Below the pieces are notes generated by a model. It saw only the letters and a program-made list of their open reading frames with translations. It was not told the origin of the DNA and made no database searches. Of a stretch of 64,000 nucleotides of DNA, positions 23,779 through 36,499 are shown one piece after another. Location: contig NW_027590162.1 of NCBI RefSeq assembly GCF_964213995.1, positions 186,001-250,000 on the forward strand. The letters run 5' to 3'. The position numbers and the translations under genes were made by a program. How positions within the stretch are numbered: position 1 is the stretch's first letter; each line of letters opens with the position of its first letter. This stretch comes from Mustelus asterias. Lineage: Eukaryota.

Positions 23779-24782
23779 CCGAAGCGCGGTCGCTTCCTGC
23801 CTATTACTATTGCGCGGGAGCCAGACAACTATTGGTTGAAATTAAGAAGCTCACCCTGGCGGGCGAATAACACGTAACATCACCTCGAATGTAACAGATA
23901 GAGAAAGACACACAGAAAAGCAGTAAGAGGCTCTCAGGGCACACACACAATAACAGACAGAAAAGGAGCCGAGAAAAGCAGCAAGATACTAATTATTTAT
24001 GAAAATGTGTTTTCTTTTATACAAAGATAGGCCCTGGTTTGAAATGCATTTCCTGTGACTGTTCTCTCCGCTGCGGAACTGGGACTCTGCCGTTGACAGA
24101 TCTTCACTGTGGTTCTTGTCAAATTCTTCCCTGTTGTGTAAATGTGTTCTCGGTTGTGTAAATATGATCAGTCTTAAGCAGAAGTTTCCTCTGTTCTGTA
24201 AAGGTGTTGCCTGTGGTGTGAAATGTTCTCTGTTGTTCTGTGAAGATGTTTTCTGTGGGAAAGCAATCGACGGGAATTTCAAGGCCGCCATTACTGAAAC
24301 TTGCTTTCAATTCCAGGTTTATTTAGACTGAATGGTCTACTCCTGTTTCTGTTTTCTATCCATATTTCTATGTCTTAAATCAGTGAATTTAATTTCACCA
24401 GCTGCCGTGGTGGGATTTACTCCCTATCCCCAAATATTAGTGCCCAGTGACCAAACCTTTCACCCCTGTAAACAAAAGCAGTTCATTCAGTTCATTATTA
24501 AACCTCTTCCTGAGGAGATTTGAATTCCCGCCACAGAATTTCAATTAGCCGATTGATACAAAGCATTTTGTTCTCGTTGGGAACATCAATAATTTATCCA
24601 GATCAAACAGATATTGTGGAACAGTTCGAATTTAAAAATACTAAGATGAGTGAGAATTAAATGAACAAAGTTACAAGGAAAGGAATCTGAGAAAGCTCCT
24701 TGCAATGTTTGGAAGGAACAGTGGATTGCAGTTAACGGGCGAGAGCTCGGTTTCCAGGAGATTCCACCAGATTTCTGTATAA

Positions 24783-24868
24783 AGCGACCGGGCTTGAACC
24801 CGTAATTTTCAGGTAGCAGCACTGAAAGCACTGGAAATTAGACACCTCATCCGTTAGGCCACAGTCAC
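24783..24868 (-). pseudogene. Degenerate intron-containing tRNA (Arg-like)
   Basis: Acceptor stem GTGACTG/CGGTCGC pairs; TGGCCTAACGGATGAGG A box; GGTTCAAG B box; ~17-nt insert after the anticodon; T-arm deletion. Confidence 0.55.
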
Positions 24869-24869
24869 T

Positions 24870-26250
24870 TTGATGGAGCATGTGGAATATCCCTTGTTCC
24901 AGTCCTGTTCAGGCCCCTCTCCCGCACCTCTTTTTCTGTTACATCTTCGACTGTATCGGTGCCGCTTCCTGCTCTCGTCTACAGCTGGAACTTTTGCTTC
25001 CAATTTCCACCCTCGCTCCTTCACATGGTCCATCTCCGACACTTCTCTAACCTTCCTTGACCTCTCTGTCTCCAATTCTAGATAGACTGACCGCCAGTAA
25101 TTAAAACCCCACCGACTCACACGTCGAGTAACGTCAGAAGGATATAGATAGGCTGGAAATTTGGGCAAAGAAATGGCAGATGGAGTTCGATCCAGATGAA
25201 TGCGAAGTGATGCATTTTGGTAGAACTAACGTACGGGGGAGCTATACGATAAATGGCAGAACCATAAAGGGTGTAGATACGCAGAGGGACCTGGGTGTGC
25301 AAGTCCACAGATCCTTGAAGGTGACGTCACAGGTGGAGAAGGTAGTGAATAAGGCATATGGCATGCTTGCCTTTATAGGACGGGGCATAGAGTATAAAAG
25401 TTGGGGTCTGATGTTGCGATTGTATAGAACGTTGCTTCGGCCGCATTTGCAACATTGCGCCCAGTCCTGTTCGCCACACTACCAGAAGGACGTGGAGGCT
25501 TTAGAGAGAGTGCAGAGGAGGTTTACCAGGATGTTGCCTGGTATGGAGGGTCTTAGCTATGAGGAGAGATTGGGTAAACTGGGGTTGTTCTCCCTGGAAA
25601 GACGGAGGATGAGGGGAGGCTTAATAGAGGTGTATAAAATTATGAAAGGCATAGATAGAGTGAACGGTGGGAAGCTTCTTCCCAGATCGGTGGTGACTTT
25701 CACGAGGTGTCATAGGTTCAAAGTGAGGGGCGGGGGGCGTGTGGGGGGAGGGGGGGCGTGAGGGGGCAGGGAGGTTTAACACGGATATCAGAAGGACGTA
25801 TTTTACACAGAGGGTGGTGGGGGCCTGGAATGTGCTGCCGGGCAAGGTGGTGGAGGTGGACACACTGGGAACGTTTAAGACTTATCTAGATAGCCACATG
25901 AACGGAGTGGGAATGGAGGGATAGAAAAGAATGGTCTAGTTTGGACCAGGGAGCGGCGCGGGCTTGGAGGGCCGAAGGGCCTGTTCCTGTGCTGTATTGT
26001 TCTTTGTTCTTTGTTGAGTGCAGATCCTGATACCCCGCTCCCTGTAAGGACCCCATCCCCATTCTCCTAGTTTCTTCACCTCAGTCACAACTGTTTCCCT
26101 GATTCCTCTTTCCAAAACGGCACTCCTGACATGGACTCCAACTTCCTGAATCCAGGATGCCTCCACCCGCTCCCTCGGCGTTTAACTGGGCGGTGAATCG
26201 TGTCCTATTCATGTCCTCACACCCTACACCTCCCAGAGCCACGATCCGCT
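24870..26250 (+). mobile_element. Old Penelope-like RT relic split by a CR1 insertion
   Basis: FASNFHP..FTWSISDTSLTFLDLSVS motif at about 24990-25075; similar relic sequence continues at 26016-26250. Confidence 0.55.
25130..26014 (+). mobile_element. CR1 LINE 3' fragment
   Basis: ORF 25180-25761 CR1 C-terminal region; (ttctttg) tail. Confidence 0.92.
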
Positions 26251-26399
26251 CCCAAAATACAAAAATAAAACTGCTATTCTTATTGTTTTCTTTTCCATCA
26301 CTTCACTCAATATTTTGTCGATGCCTTCACGAAATCCAATAGGAATGGCAACCAGTTTTCAAGAAATGGCTGAAGAGAAGAAACAGCTTTTAACACACT

Positions 26400-26481
26400 C
26401 GCTGCGAGCAGGGTTCGAACCTCCGCAGGGAAACCCCATTGGATTTCAAGTCCAACGCCATAACCACTCGGCCATCGCAGC
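26400..26481 (-). tRNA. tRNA-Ser(TGA), nearly intact
   Basis: GCTGCGATGGCCGAGTGGTTATGGCGTTGGACTTGAAATCCAATGGGGTTTCCCTGCGGAGGTTCGAACCCTGCTCGCAGCG; one G-G mismatch in the T stem; function uncertain. Confidence 0.85.
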
Positions 26482-27194
26482 TGTAGCCACCAGCTCACTT
26501 ACCAGCTTATTAATAGCTGATTCCCTCAAGCTTTACCGTTGAATGTTTTACCAAACAATGAGACGCTCTCCGTTGCGTCACAGAGCCACACCTACATCAG
26601 TTACTTCCCATCCCCATATGGGAATTTCTGACGTTGTCGAACAGACACATCAAAAGTTCAGCATTGGGACATTGACTATATTTCAAAAATACTTTGTTGT
26701 CAGTGAAATATTTTGGGGCGTCCTGTGGGTGTGAAAAGAGTTACAGAAAAAAACTCGAAAAGGACACAGACAGCTTGGTGGAATGGGATGACATGTGGCA
26801 GATGGAGAATGAGGTGACGCGTTTTGGTGGGAAGACCGTAGTGTCAATATAAAATGAAGCGTATAATGCCAAAAGTGGGTGCAGGAACAGCGGGAAATGT
26901 GTGAACATGTGTTGAAATAATTGAAGGTGACAGGATAGCCTGTGAGAACCGCACAGTATCCTCGGATTTAAAACGAAATCAAGACGTTGATGCAAATTTA
27001 TTGCAAAGAAAATGCAGATGTGCTATTAGATAGCACATTGGAAATTCTCAACCTTGCCCCTCGCCTGAGGTGTGGTAATCCTTAGGCTAAATCACCACCA
27101 GTAAGCTCTCCCCTTTGAGAGGAGGAGCAGCCTCTGGTCATTTGCGACTACAGCGACTTTACCTTTATATCTGTGTCATACTCTTTGATTTTAT

Positions 27195-27670
27195 TTGATT
27201 TGATTTATTATTGTCACATGCATTAGTACACAGTGAAAAGTATTGTTTCTTGCATGCTATGCAGACGAAGCATACCATACATAGAGAAGGAAAGGAGAGA
27301 GTGCACAATGTAGTGTTACAGTCATAGCAACTTGTAGAGAAAGATCAAATTAATACGAGATAGGTCCAATCAAAATTCTGATGGCAGCAGGGAAGAAACT
27401 GTTCTTTAGTTGGTTAGTGCCTGTCCTCAGACTTTTGTACCTTTTTCTCGACGGAAGCCGGTGGAAGACAATATGTCCAGGATGTGTCGCTGCTTGATTA
27501 AACTGGCTGCTTTTCCAAGGCAGTGGGAAGTGTCAATGGATGGGGGGCTGGCTTGCGTGATGAACTGGCTTTGTTTATGACACTTTGTAGATTTTTTGCG
27601 GTCTTGGACAGAGCAGGAGCCAGACCAAGCTGTGAGGCAACCAGAAGGAATGCTTTCTCAGGTGCATCTG
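27195..27670 (-). mobile_element. Rex1-type LINE 3' fragment
   Basis: Homologous to 7925-8415; (atttg)n tail. Confidence 0.8.
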
Positions 27671-28174
27671 TCTGTATTCAGACTGTGTTTTGCATTATCT
27701 GCTGCTCAATGAGGATTGGGATCTTTCTGATTTGATCAGTTGAACTGTGCCTGGAGAAGTGACTTGTTCCGACTGTCAGCTTCCGGAACTGAAACATAGT
27801 TTGTAAATTAATTCTGCATCTGTCAATCTTTGATACTGCAACTGACTTTCTGTATCCCCTCATTGTGAATCACCGATTTATTTTGTTTATTCATTCCTGG
27901 GATGTGGGTGTCGCTGGCTGGGCCGTAATTATTGCCCATCTAAATTGCCCTTGAACTGAGCGGCTTGATAGGTCACCGCAGAGGGCAGCTTAGAGTCACC
28001 AAAGTTGCTGAGGGTCGGGGGACACATTCAGGTCCAAACCAGGTAAAAATTCATTCCTGAAGGGACATTACTGAAGCAGTTGTGTGCTTTTAAGACAATT
28101 GATTCATGGTAATCAGACTTTTAATTCCAGATGTTTTTATTGAATTTTATTTTTATTAAATTTCACCACTTGCC

Positions 28175-28222
28175 GTGGTGGTGGTGGTGTGTGTGTGTGT
28201 GAGGGAGAGAGAGAGAGAGGGA
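28175..28222. repeat. Compound microsatellite (GGT)n(GT)n(GA)n
   Basis: Seen directly. Confidence 0.85.
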
Positions 28223-28883
28223 GGTTCTCACATAATCAGTCTGTTTGTGAGTGTGGATTAACCCTTTATATTCCCTCAGAAACACTGTGATCCCCTTGTT
28301 TTTGTGAATTCCTGAGAAGCACTTGTACCTCTGAGACCCTGGTGGTCGGGTGGAGGGTGGGGTGAGGGTTGAAGGCAATGCCGCAGGGTGCTGAGTGTGG
28401 AAACAGCCGATTTTAAAGCATGTGTGTTGGAAAGTGAAGAGTGAACTTGTCTGTGTGAAGATCACAGAAAACCTGTGTTATGCGTTGCGTCCAAGAGACA
28501 AGTTTTGTGTTGTCAGTAAATGAACTCCTGTAATAAATGCACAAAATCAGAAAGAGGAAATGCTGGAAATATTCAGCGGCTCCGAAAGCTGCTGCGGAGA
28601 GATATTCCTGTCGCCAGGATGTAACTCTCCTATTGGATACTCCACGTTGCTCAGATGTTACAATCTCAACACCTTTGTGTAAGGAACAGGTGGGGCGGGG
28701 ATTGGGTCTTTGTTAATTTGAGCAAACAGAGCAATGCAGCAATGAGAAGCTCCTCAGTTTGGGGAAGGATGGAACTCAGATCCAGGCTGGGGTTTAAAAA
28801 TGGAAAAAAACACATCGAGTTTTAAATGTAATGGCAATGAAGATGGAATTCAAATCAGTTTGTGCAGAGGTTTTGTCAATGTA

Positions 28884-28966
28884 GTCAGGATGGCCGGGCG
28901 GTCTAAGGTACTGCGTACAGGTTGCAGTCTTCCCTGGTGTTGTGAGTTCCCATCCCACTTCTGACG
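28884..28966 (+). pseudogene. tRNA-Leu(CAG) pseudogene
   Basis: GTCAGGATGGCCGGGCGGTCTAAGG...CAGGT...ATCCCACTTCTGACG; B box broken (GTTCCCA). Confidence 0.88.
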
Positions 28967-29901
28967 GTGATTGTTTTCCTTCGGGAGGCACCATCCAAAC
29001 CCAAGAAATCTCTCACCGAGCAGCACAAGAGCAGCAGATGCTGAGGAACAACGACCACCTGGAAGTTCCACTCCGAGACGCACACCATCCTGACTTCATA
29101 GAAATCATAGAAACCCTACAGTGCAGAAGGAGGCCATTCGGCCCATCGAGTCTGCACCGACCACAATCCCACCCAGGCCCTACCCCCACATGGAACTTGG
29201 AAACATATCGCCGTTCCCATGGCTGGCTCACAATCCTGGAACTCCCTCCCTCACAGGAGTATATGTGCACATACAACACATGGATTGCAGTGGCTCAAGT
29301 CTGAATTCATCGCCAATTACTCAAAGATAAGTAATTTGGAGAATAAATGCTTCTCGGGCCAGCGGCACACATATCCCGTATGAATGAAGTATTTTTTAAA
29401 AAATCACCTCGTGCCACAGAAGGAGCACATCTGCCTTCAGAGCAGAAAACTGTGTGTATGAATCACATCCTGAACACGGCTAATTTTATACCAGATGCGT
29501 GCCTGAAAACAGTAAGTGGAACCAGCTCACGATAAACCACTCAATGTTGAGTGGAAGAGTGATGTGTGTGATTCCGTCTGATGTGCTTTCTTTTGTGAAT
29601 TCCTGAGGAACACTTCCCCTGAGACCCTGGTGGGCGGGTGTCGGGGAAAGGCGGATTTGAAAGGTTTCCAGGGAAATCGGTGCAGTCTTGATGGGCCACT
29701 GTGGGATTCAGTTATTTTTCTTTCATGAATCGATCTGTGGAGAGAGAACCGGTCATTCCCGTGAAAGGTCTGCATCTGAAATGTGAACTATCTCTATTTT
29801 CACAGATACGTTCCAGATCTGGTGGTATCGCTTTTTTCACAAATATGACCAGGTCTGGCACGTATTTGCAGTATTCCGCTCTGGCAGGAGTAGCAGTATC
29901 A

Positions 29902-29978
29902 GGCTCTGTGGCTTAGTTGGTTAAAAGTGCCTGCCTCCTAAAAAGACTCGATCCTTGGTTCAAATCCCAGCAGGGCCT
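29902..29978 (+). pseudogene. tRNA-Thr pseudogene (probably CGT-derived)
   Basis: GGCTCTGTGGCTTAGTTGGTTAAAAG...GATCCTTGGTTCAAATCCCAGCAGGGCCT; anticodon arm mutated. Confidence 0.8.
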
Positions 29979-30935
29979 TATATTCCTTTCTAGTGATATT
30001 TGCAACAGCGCAAGTTACAATACCTAAGTATTTTTATCATCTTGCAGCAAAAAACATTTAATCTGCAATAAACCCAATGCTGTAAATTCTAGTTTTCCAT
30101 TTTTTTCTCAGGAAATTTCTAACACAGTCAAATGGCCTTAGAATCACACAATCCCGACAGTGCTGAAGGAGACCATTCTGCCCATCGAGTCTGTCCTGAC
30201 TCTCCGACAGAGAATCGCACACAGGACCTATCCCTGCTGCACCACACACCCACTCTGCTAATACGAACACCTTGGGGACCAAGGGGCAATCTAGCATGAC
30301 CTGCTCACCTTTGCACTATGAGAGGAAACCGGAGCATCTGGTTTCCTGAGATAACTTGCCTGGGTGAATGCAGCTTGAACAGCACTACAGGCGTTTGGCA
30401 CCATCCAGGACAAAGCATCCCAATTCATTCGCTTCCCATGCATAAAAAATCACTCCCTCCACAACCGACGCACAATGGCAGCAGTGTGCACCATAGACAA
30501 GATGCACTGCAGCAACTCAGCAAGACTCCTTTGCCAGCACCTTCCAAACCCACGACCACTACAGCCCAGAAGTACAAGCGCAGCAGACACATCAGACTAA
30601 CACCACCAGGTTGCAGGGCACTGATATTTATTTATAGATTGTAGTTATTTATAAGTTGTTGTTGTGTCTGTGTGTACTTTAAAATCTTTATCTTCCAAAA
30701 GAAGCGAAATATCTAATTGAAAAACATGTTACTATTTCTAACCCAACCAGCGAATGTTGTGTCGAACTTTAAGAAAGGCCCTGGGACTTGCGCTTTATTT
30801 TCGAGTCAGTGGTTTCCCTGGGAGCCGAGTAAACAGAAGCAGCATGGAGAGATGGCAGAGCAGGAAATGTCGGTGCCGAAGCTGAATCACATCAATGAAG
30901 CAGCAAACTGTTTGCGACTAACCTGATCCAAAATC

Positions 30936-31026
30936 CGACTCTGTTGGCTCTCAATCCCACAACCTTTGAATGGCTGACTTGCCATTATTTCGAGGTCCAA
31001 CGTGCTATCCATTGAGTCACAGAGCC
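30936..31026 (-). pseudogene. Intron-containing tRNA-Arg pseudogene (Arg-TCT-type body)
   Basis: GGCTCTGTGACTCAATGGATAGCACGTTGGACCTCGA-[18-nt intron]-ATTCAAAGGTTGTGGG...CAGAGTCG; T loop destroyed. Confidence 0.85.
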
Positions 31027-31968
31027 GTGTGCTGGAAGTTCACTTTACTTGTCCATATATGGATTTTTGACAATGTGGAAACTATTGGTCAGTTCAACAA
31101 TCTCATAGTTCAAATGTCAAGGACTGTTAAGAGCGACTTTATTGATTGCAAGTCATGTTGAGACATGTTGTGTCTGTTGAAGCAGCTGTTTTTGTCCTCT
31201 ATACAGGAAATCTGTCCATCACAGAATGATCCTCCCTCTCTCTCTTTCTTATTCTCCTGTACAGCTTGGAGTCAAATCTCGCAGGTTTGATAGTCGGGAG
31301 ACACATTCTACTCTACCTGTCACAGGGCTGATCAGAACCCGTTCCCTGCTCCAGTTAAACACCTGCACAGAACACAACACAAAGCTGGAATCTGGAAATC
31401 TGAAACACAAACAGAAAATGCTGGAAATGCTCAGTAGCTGAGGCACAACTTTTGATTAATGGAGATTTCTGTAAAACAAGATTCTGAAGCACAGCACAGC
31501 TGCACAGTTTAAAGTTTCCCTTCATCCACAATGGATGCTCCATTCTATGATTTTGAACAATTCAGATTGATCATCTGCATTGTTATTCTCGTCGCCACAG
31601 CCTGAAAACCACTTCAGGCATTGATGTCACCCTTGGATTTTAAATTTGTAAATCCATTCTCTATCTTTTAAAGCGACTATTGAAACTGTATCCATCACCC
31701 GCTCAGTTCTTTGTGAATGAGAAGGGGAATTGAGGATACATTTGGATAACTTTCCTTTGACTAAATTTGTACCGGAGCATGAAGGCGGAAATCACACACA
31801 GCACGTCATGAAACTCACCCGCTAAACATTGAAAGGTGACAGTGTTTAATCAAGGGATGGTTCTGTTTATTCATGTATTATTAATGGAGAATAGAAAAGT
31901 TGGAACATTATGCAATCTGGGCAATACAACTGAACAAAGTGAAACACATTGGGGACTGGGCAGGATAA

Positions 31969-32122
31969 CCCTGTTTGTGAACAGAACTCCCACTTAACTG
32001 ATGAAGGGGCAGCGCTCCGAAAGCTAGTGGCTTGTGCTACCAAATAAACCTGTTGGACTTTAACCTGGTGTTGTGAGACTTCTTACTGTGTTTACCCTAG
32101 TCCAACGCCGGCATCTCGACAT
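31969..32122 (+). mobile_element. Short Penelope terminal fragment with hammerhead motif
   Basis: CTGATGA-A-GGGGC-agc-GCTCC-GAAA-GC-TA at 31998-32026; CAGGATAA duplicated at 31961 and 32123. Confidence 0.85.
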
Positions 32123-34053
32123 CAGGATAAGCCTACCATGGGCAATGGACAAAGTGGAGGTGAGAAGTTGACTGGCTTGTGAGACGGAGCAGGGAGACAT
32201 TGCAAGGTGAAGGTACATAAGAAAGTGGGAGTGCTAAATGTTTAATGATCACTGTACAAGTCGAAGGTGCAATGCAGACTGCAGGCTGGATATTGAATGG
32301 GTTCTGAAATGGGTAAATAGACTGTGGAATCTTCGCACGGTAAAGGTGCAATAGGGATTAGGAAGGGTAAAGGTGAACCCTTTATTTTATTTCACCTCTC
32401 CTCGATCTTCGGACCAAACTGTATCACTTCACACTTCCTTACATTAATTAAAATGCATCTGTCACGTGTCTACTCATTCCACCAGCTTGTCTATATATTC
32501 TTGAAGATTATCAATATCCTCCTCACTAAAGTTCATAATATTTTCAAGTTTTGCACCACTGGCAAATTTTGAGATTGAAACCTGTGCACCCAGATATAGG
32601 TCAGTAATATATAGCAAGGAAAGCAAGTTTCTCTCTATATACCGTCCCCAATCATAAATAGGGTAAAACTTTGTGTAATATATGCTTTAATAGATTTGTA
32701 CTAATAGTTAAACTGTTGCTTCATGAAATTCTAACGATGCTAAACAACAATGATTCAAAATGCCACTTGGTTCAAAATAAAATGCCTCCCGGCACTGATA
32801 CTTTCACTTAAAAAGCCTCGCCTTGCTGATGTATCAGGATTTAAATGATGAATACAGAGGGAAGCAGCGTACTGGTAGATTTCAAAATGATATGGTCAAC
32901 AGATTTAGTATTTCTAAATTCCTCCGTCCAGGTTCAATATAATGTGAAAAATTCTTGTCTGTTGTATCTAAACTTCAGTCTACCAGAGTGTGCTGACATC
33001 TACTGGTCGCAATACAGAATCGCAGTACAGCGGAAAAACGCACATTAACTGTCGCTGTTGCAGAGACAGATCAAACAGGAATTAATGATTGGATGTCAGT
33101 ATTAAATCCCAGAGAGAAATCAATATTAATGTACTTTCCCATGTAGTCAGTATAACTTGGAGTTTTCTATTACCTGGAGCAGTTGAGTCGACTAGCATCG
33201 ATGAACTAAAGGGAAATCTCGGAAATGAGACGATGGAGAATGAATTTCAGAGATAAGCAGATGATGTTACATTGAAGATTTTGAGTAGAGGATCGTGTGA
33301 AATCATGTACTAATTACTACAAATGGCCCGGTTTCAATTAGGTATCTTCCATGTAGAATGTGTACAGATTTTCGAAGTCTCTCAGATAGATTTATAATGA
33401 ATATCACACACATTTGTCACACCAGATACAGAGCAATACAGAAAGAGTCCAACACTCCTACCCATAGAATCTTAGAATGGATACAACAGAGAGAGGGAGA
33501 CCATTCGGCCCTTTGTCTGTGTGCTGGTCTGTGCAAGAACAACTCAGTTCATGCCTTTCCCAGTCCTTGTCTCAGAACCCTGCAAATCCTTTCACTTCAG
33601 GTGCTGATCCCATTCCCCTTTGACAGCCCTGATTTGATGCTGCCTCTGCCACCCTCTCAGGCAGCGCATTCCAGGTCCTAAACACTCAGCGCATTAAAAA
33701 CCATCCTTATTTCCTCTGGCAATGGGAGCAATATTTCTTCATCTACTCTTCTTAGGCTGCACCCACAAAGCCACCAGCTCTACCGTCTCGAAGGACAGCG
33801 GCAGCAGATACATGGGAGCACCAGCATTGCAAACACCCCCCTTCCCTCCCACCCCGCTCCAAGCCACTCAACGTCCTGACTTGGAAATACATCATAGCTT
33901 CTTCACTGTCGCAGTGGCAAAATCCTGAAAGACTGTTAGGCTAACAGCACTGTGGCTGTACCGACACCAAGGGACTGCTGCAGTTGATGAAAGCAGCGAA
34001 CCACCATCTTCTTAAGTTCAGTTAGGGATTGGCAATGAGTGCTGGCTTTCTGT

Positions 34054-34125
34054 AGCAGAGTAGCGCAGGGGAAGGGTGCTGGGCCCATAGCTCAGAGGTC
34101 GATGGGTTGAAACCATTCTCTGCTA
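34054..34125 (+). pseudogene. Initiator tRNA-Met(CAT), degenerate copy
   Basis: AGCAGAGTAGCGCAGGGGAAGGGTGCTGGGCCCATAGCTCAGAGGTCGATGGGTTGAAACCATTCTCTGCTA; several substitutions in the A and B boxes. Confidence 0.88.
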
Positions 34126-36499
34126 CTTCCTATCAACAATGATAACAAACTCACTTAACGACAATTCTGCAACATTTACGTGGAATATGCAGGCAGGTAT
34201 TTGCATCGGCTCGTCTTCCCTGTTATAAGCCTCAAACCAGTTTGCTATGCACACAAGCTGTAGATACTGTGAACATGCGCCAGGATATATTACTGACCGA
34301 GGTAATGGTGCACAGGGCACAATTTCAGAATTTGTGGACCATGTGAAACTTGGAAGCATTGTGAACTGTGAGGAGGGGAGTGTAAAACTTCAGAAAAGGA
34401 TCTAGACAAGTTGACGGAATGAGTGGACAAGTTACAGATGAAATTCAAAGCTGAGAATTGTGAAGTGATTCATTCTGGTAGGAAGATTATAGAGAGACAA
34501 TGAAAAGTAAAAGGGAAACAGTTCCAAAGTATCTAATCCATTTCATTAGTGAGGTTTCTCAGTCCTACAACTCTAAATGAGGTGCAACAGTACAACTCTA
34601 AAATAACACCAAATTACTGCGGATGCTGTCATCTGAAACCAAAAGAGAAAATGTTGGAAAATCTCTGCCGGTCTGGCAGCATCTGTAAGGAGTGAAATGA
34701 GCTCATGTTTCGAGTCCAGATGACCCTTTGACAAAGTGTCATCTGGGCTGGTTTACTGCCAACTGGTAACTTCCTCAAAGTCAATAATAATCCATTCAAA
34801 ATATCAGCATATGTGTTTTACAATCATAATTACTCATTTGAATCAATTACTGCATCTCACATTGCTTCTTGTTCATAAACGTATTTAAAAGTCATTTAAG
34901 TGAATGCGAGTTTTATCAGTGCCTTAATGTCCACTGGTTTAACAATCTTACCACCCCATCAGGGGTTCCACTTATAGGTATTAAATGTCATGAGACGTCT
35001 GGACAGCGTGAACAGGGACAAACTGTTCCCACTCATGGAATGATGAAGAATGAGAGAGAACAGTTTGAACATCATGAACAAGGGAAGGAATAGGAACACG
35101 AGGAAAACATTTTTCACACAGTGAGTGCTTAATGTGTGGAATTCATTGCCGGAGAATGTGGCGGAGGCAGATTCAATTGAAACGTTCCAAAGGAATTAGA
35201 CTGTTATCTGAAAAGGAAGAATGTGCAGGGTTACAGGGAGAAGGCGGAGATGTTCATTTTCTGTCACAACTTCTCATTCATCACTCATCACTGAATCGAG
35301 TGGGAACTGTTCTCTTGTCATTTCTAAACAAGGAGAAGTGCAGCAATGATTAAATGGCAAGAGAGTTGGTGGGGAATCAGAAGTCTAACGAGCGAGTTAA
35401 AAAAAAAACAAATATGTGTCGAAAAGGATGTGAGGATGGCAGAGGGACGAAATCTGAAATAAAAACAGAAAATGCTAGAAACTTCAGCAGGTCTGGCGAC
35501 ATCTATCGAGAGAGAAACAGAGTTAATAATTCGAGTCTGCAGGACTCTTCTTCAGAGCTGAAGAGAGGTTGAAATGTGACGGATTTTAAAATGCTGAAGA
35601 GAATTCGGAGCACAATCGGGATTATCCATTAAAGCAATTAGAAAAGCAAATGGCATGTTTGTTTTTATTGCAAGTGGATTGGAGTAGATGAAGAAAGATG
35701 TCTTGCTGCAATTGTACAGGATTTTATGGAGACCACATCTGCAATACTGTGTACAGCTATTGTCTCCACATTTGAGAAAGAATAGAACTTGAGTTGGAGG
35801 CAGTACAGACCAGGTTCACTAGATTGCCCCCCAGAATGAGGAAGTTGTTCTATGATGAGAGGCTGAGTGAATTAGGCTGAGAGACCCTGGAGTTCAGAAG
35901 AATGTATAGACGCTGAGTGAATGATTCCATTGCTGTCCTCTGGGCAGACGAGTGTAAAAGTAAAGTAAAGTTAAAGTAAAGTTTATTAGTCACAAGTAAG
36001 GCTTACATTAACACTGCAATGAAGTTACTGTGAAATTCCCCTAGTCGCCACACTCCGGCGCCTGTTCGGATCAATGCACCTAACTAGATGAAGTTCAATG
36101 CAGAGAAGTGTGAGTTGATTCATTTTGAGAGTGTGGAGAAATAAAGGGAGAAACTCTTAAGGAAAGTCAGGAACAGAGGGATCTCAGTTTCTAAGTACAA
36201 AGGTCATTGAAGGTGGTTGGGCATGTTGAGAAAGCAAGTAATAAAGCAAATGGCATCCTATGTTTTATTGGAGGATTGAATACATGAGTAAGAAGGTCAT
36301 GTTGAGCTTTTAAATACACGAGATAGGCCTCACCTGGAGCACTGCATCCAGTTCTGGACACCATACTTGAAGAAGGTTGCAAAGGCATTGGAGACAGTGC
36401 AAAGGATATTCACATGAATGATTCTATTGATAAAGATTTGTAGCTATGAAGATAGAATTGAGAGCTTGGGTATTTTTCTTTTGGGAAAGGAGTCTGAGC

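Noticed and set aside
25725-25775. G-rich tract with G-quadruplex potential
   Set aside because: Local slippage expansion inside a dead CR1; nothing suggests function.
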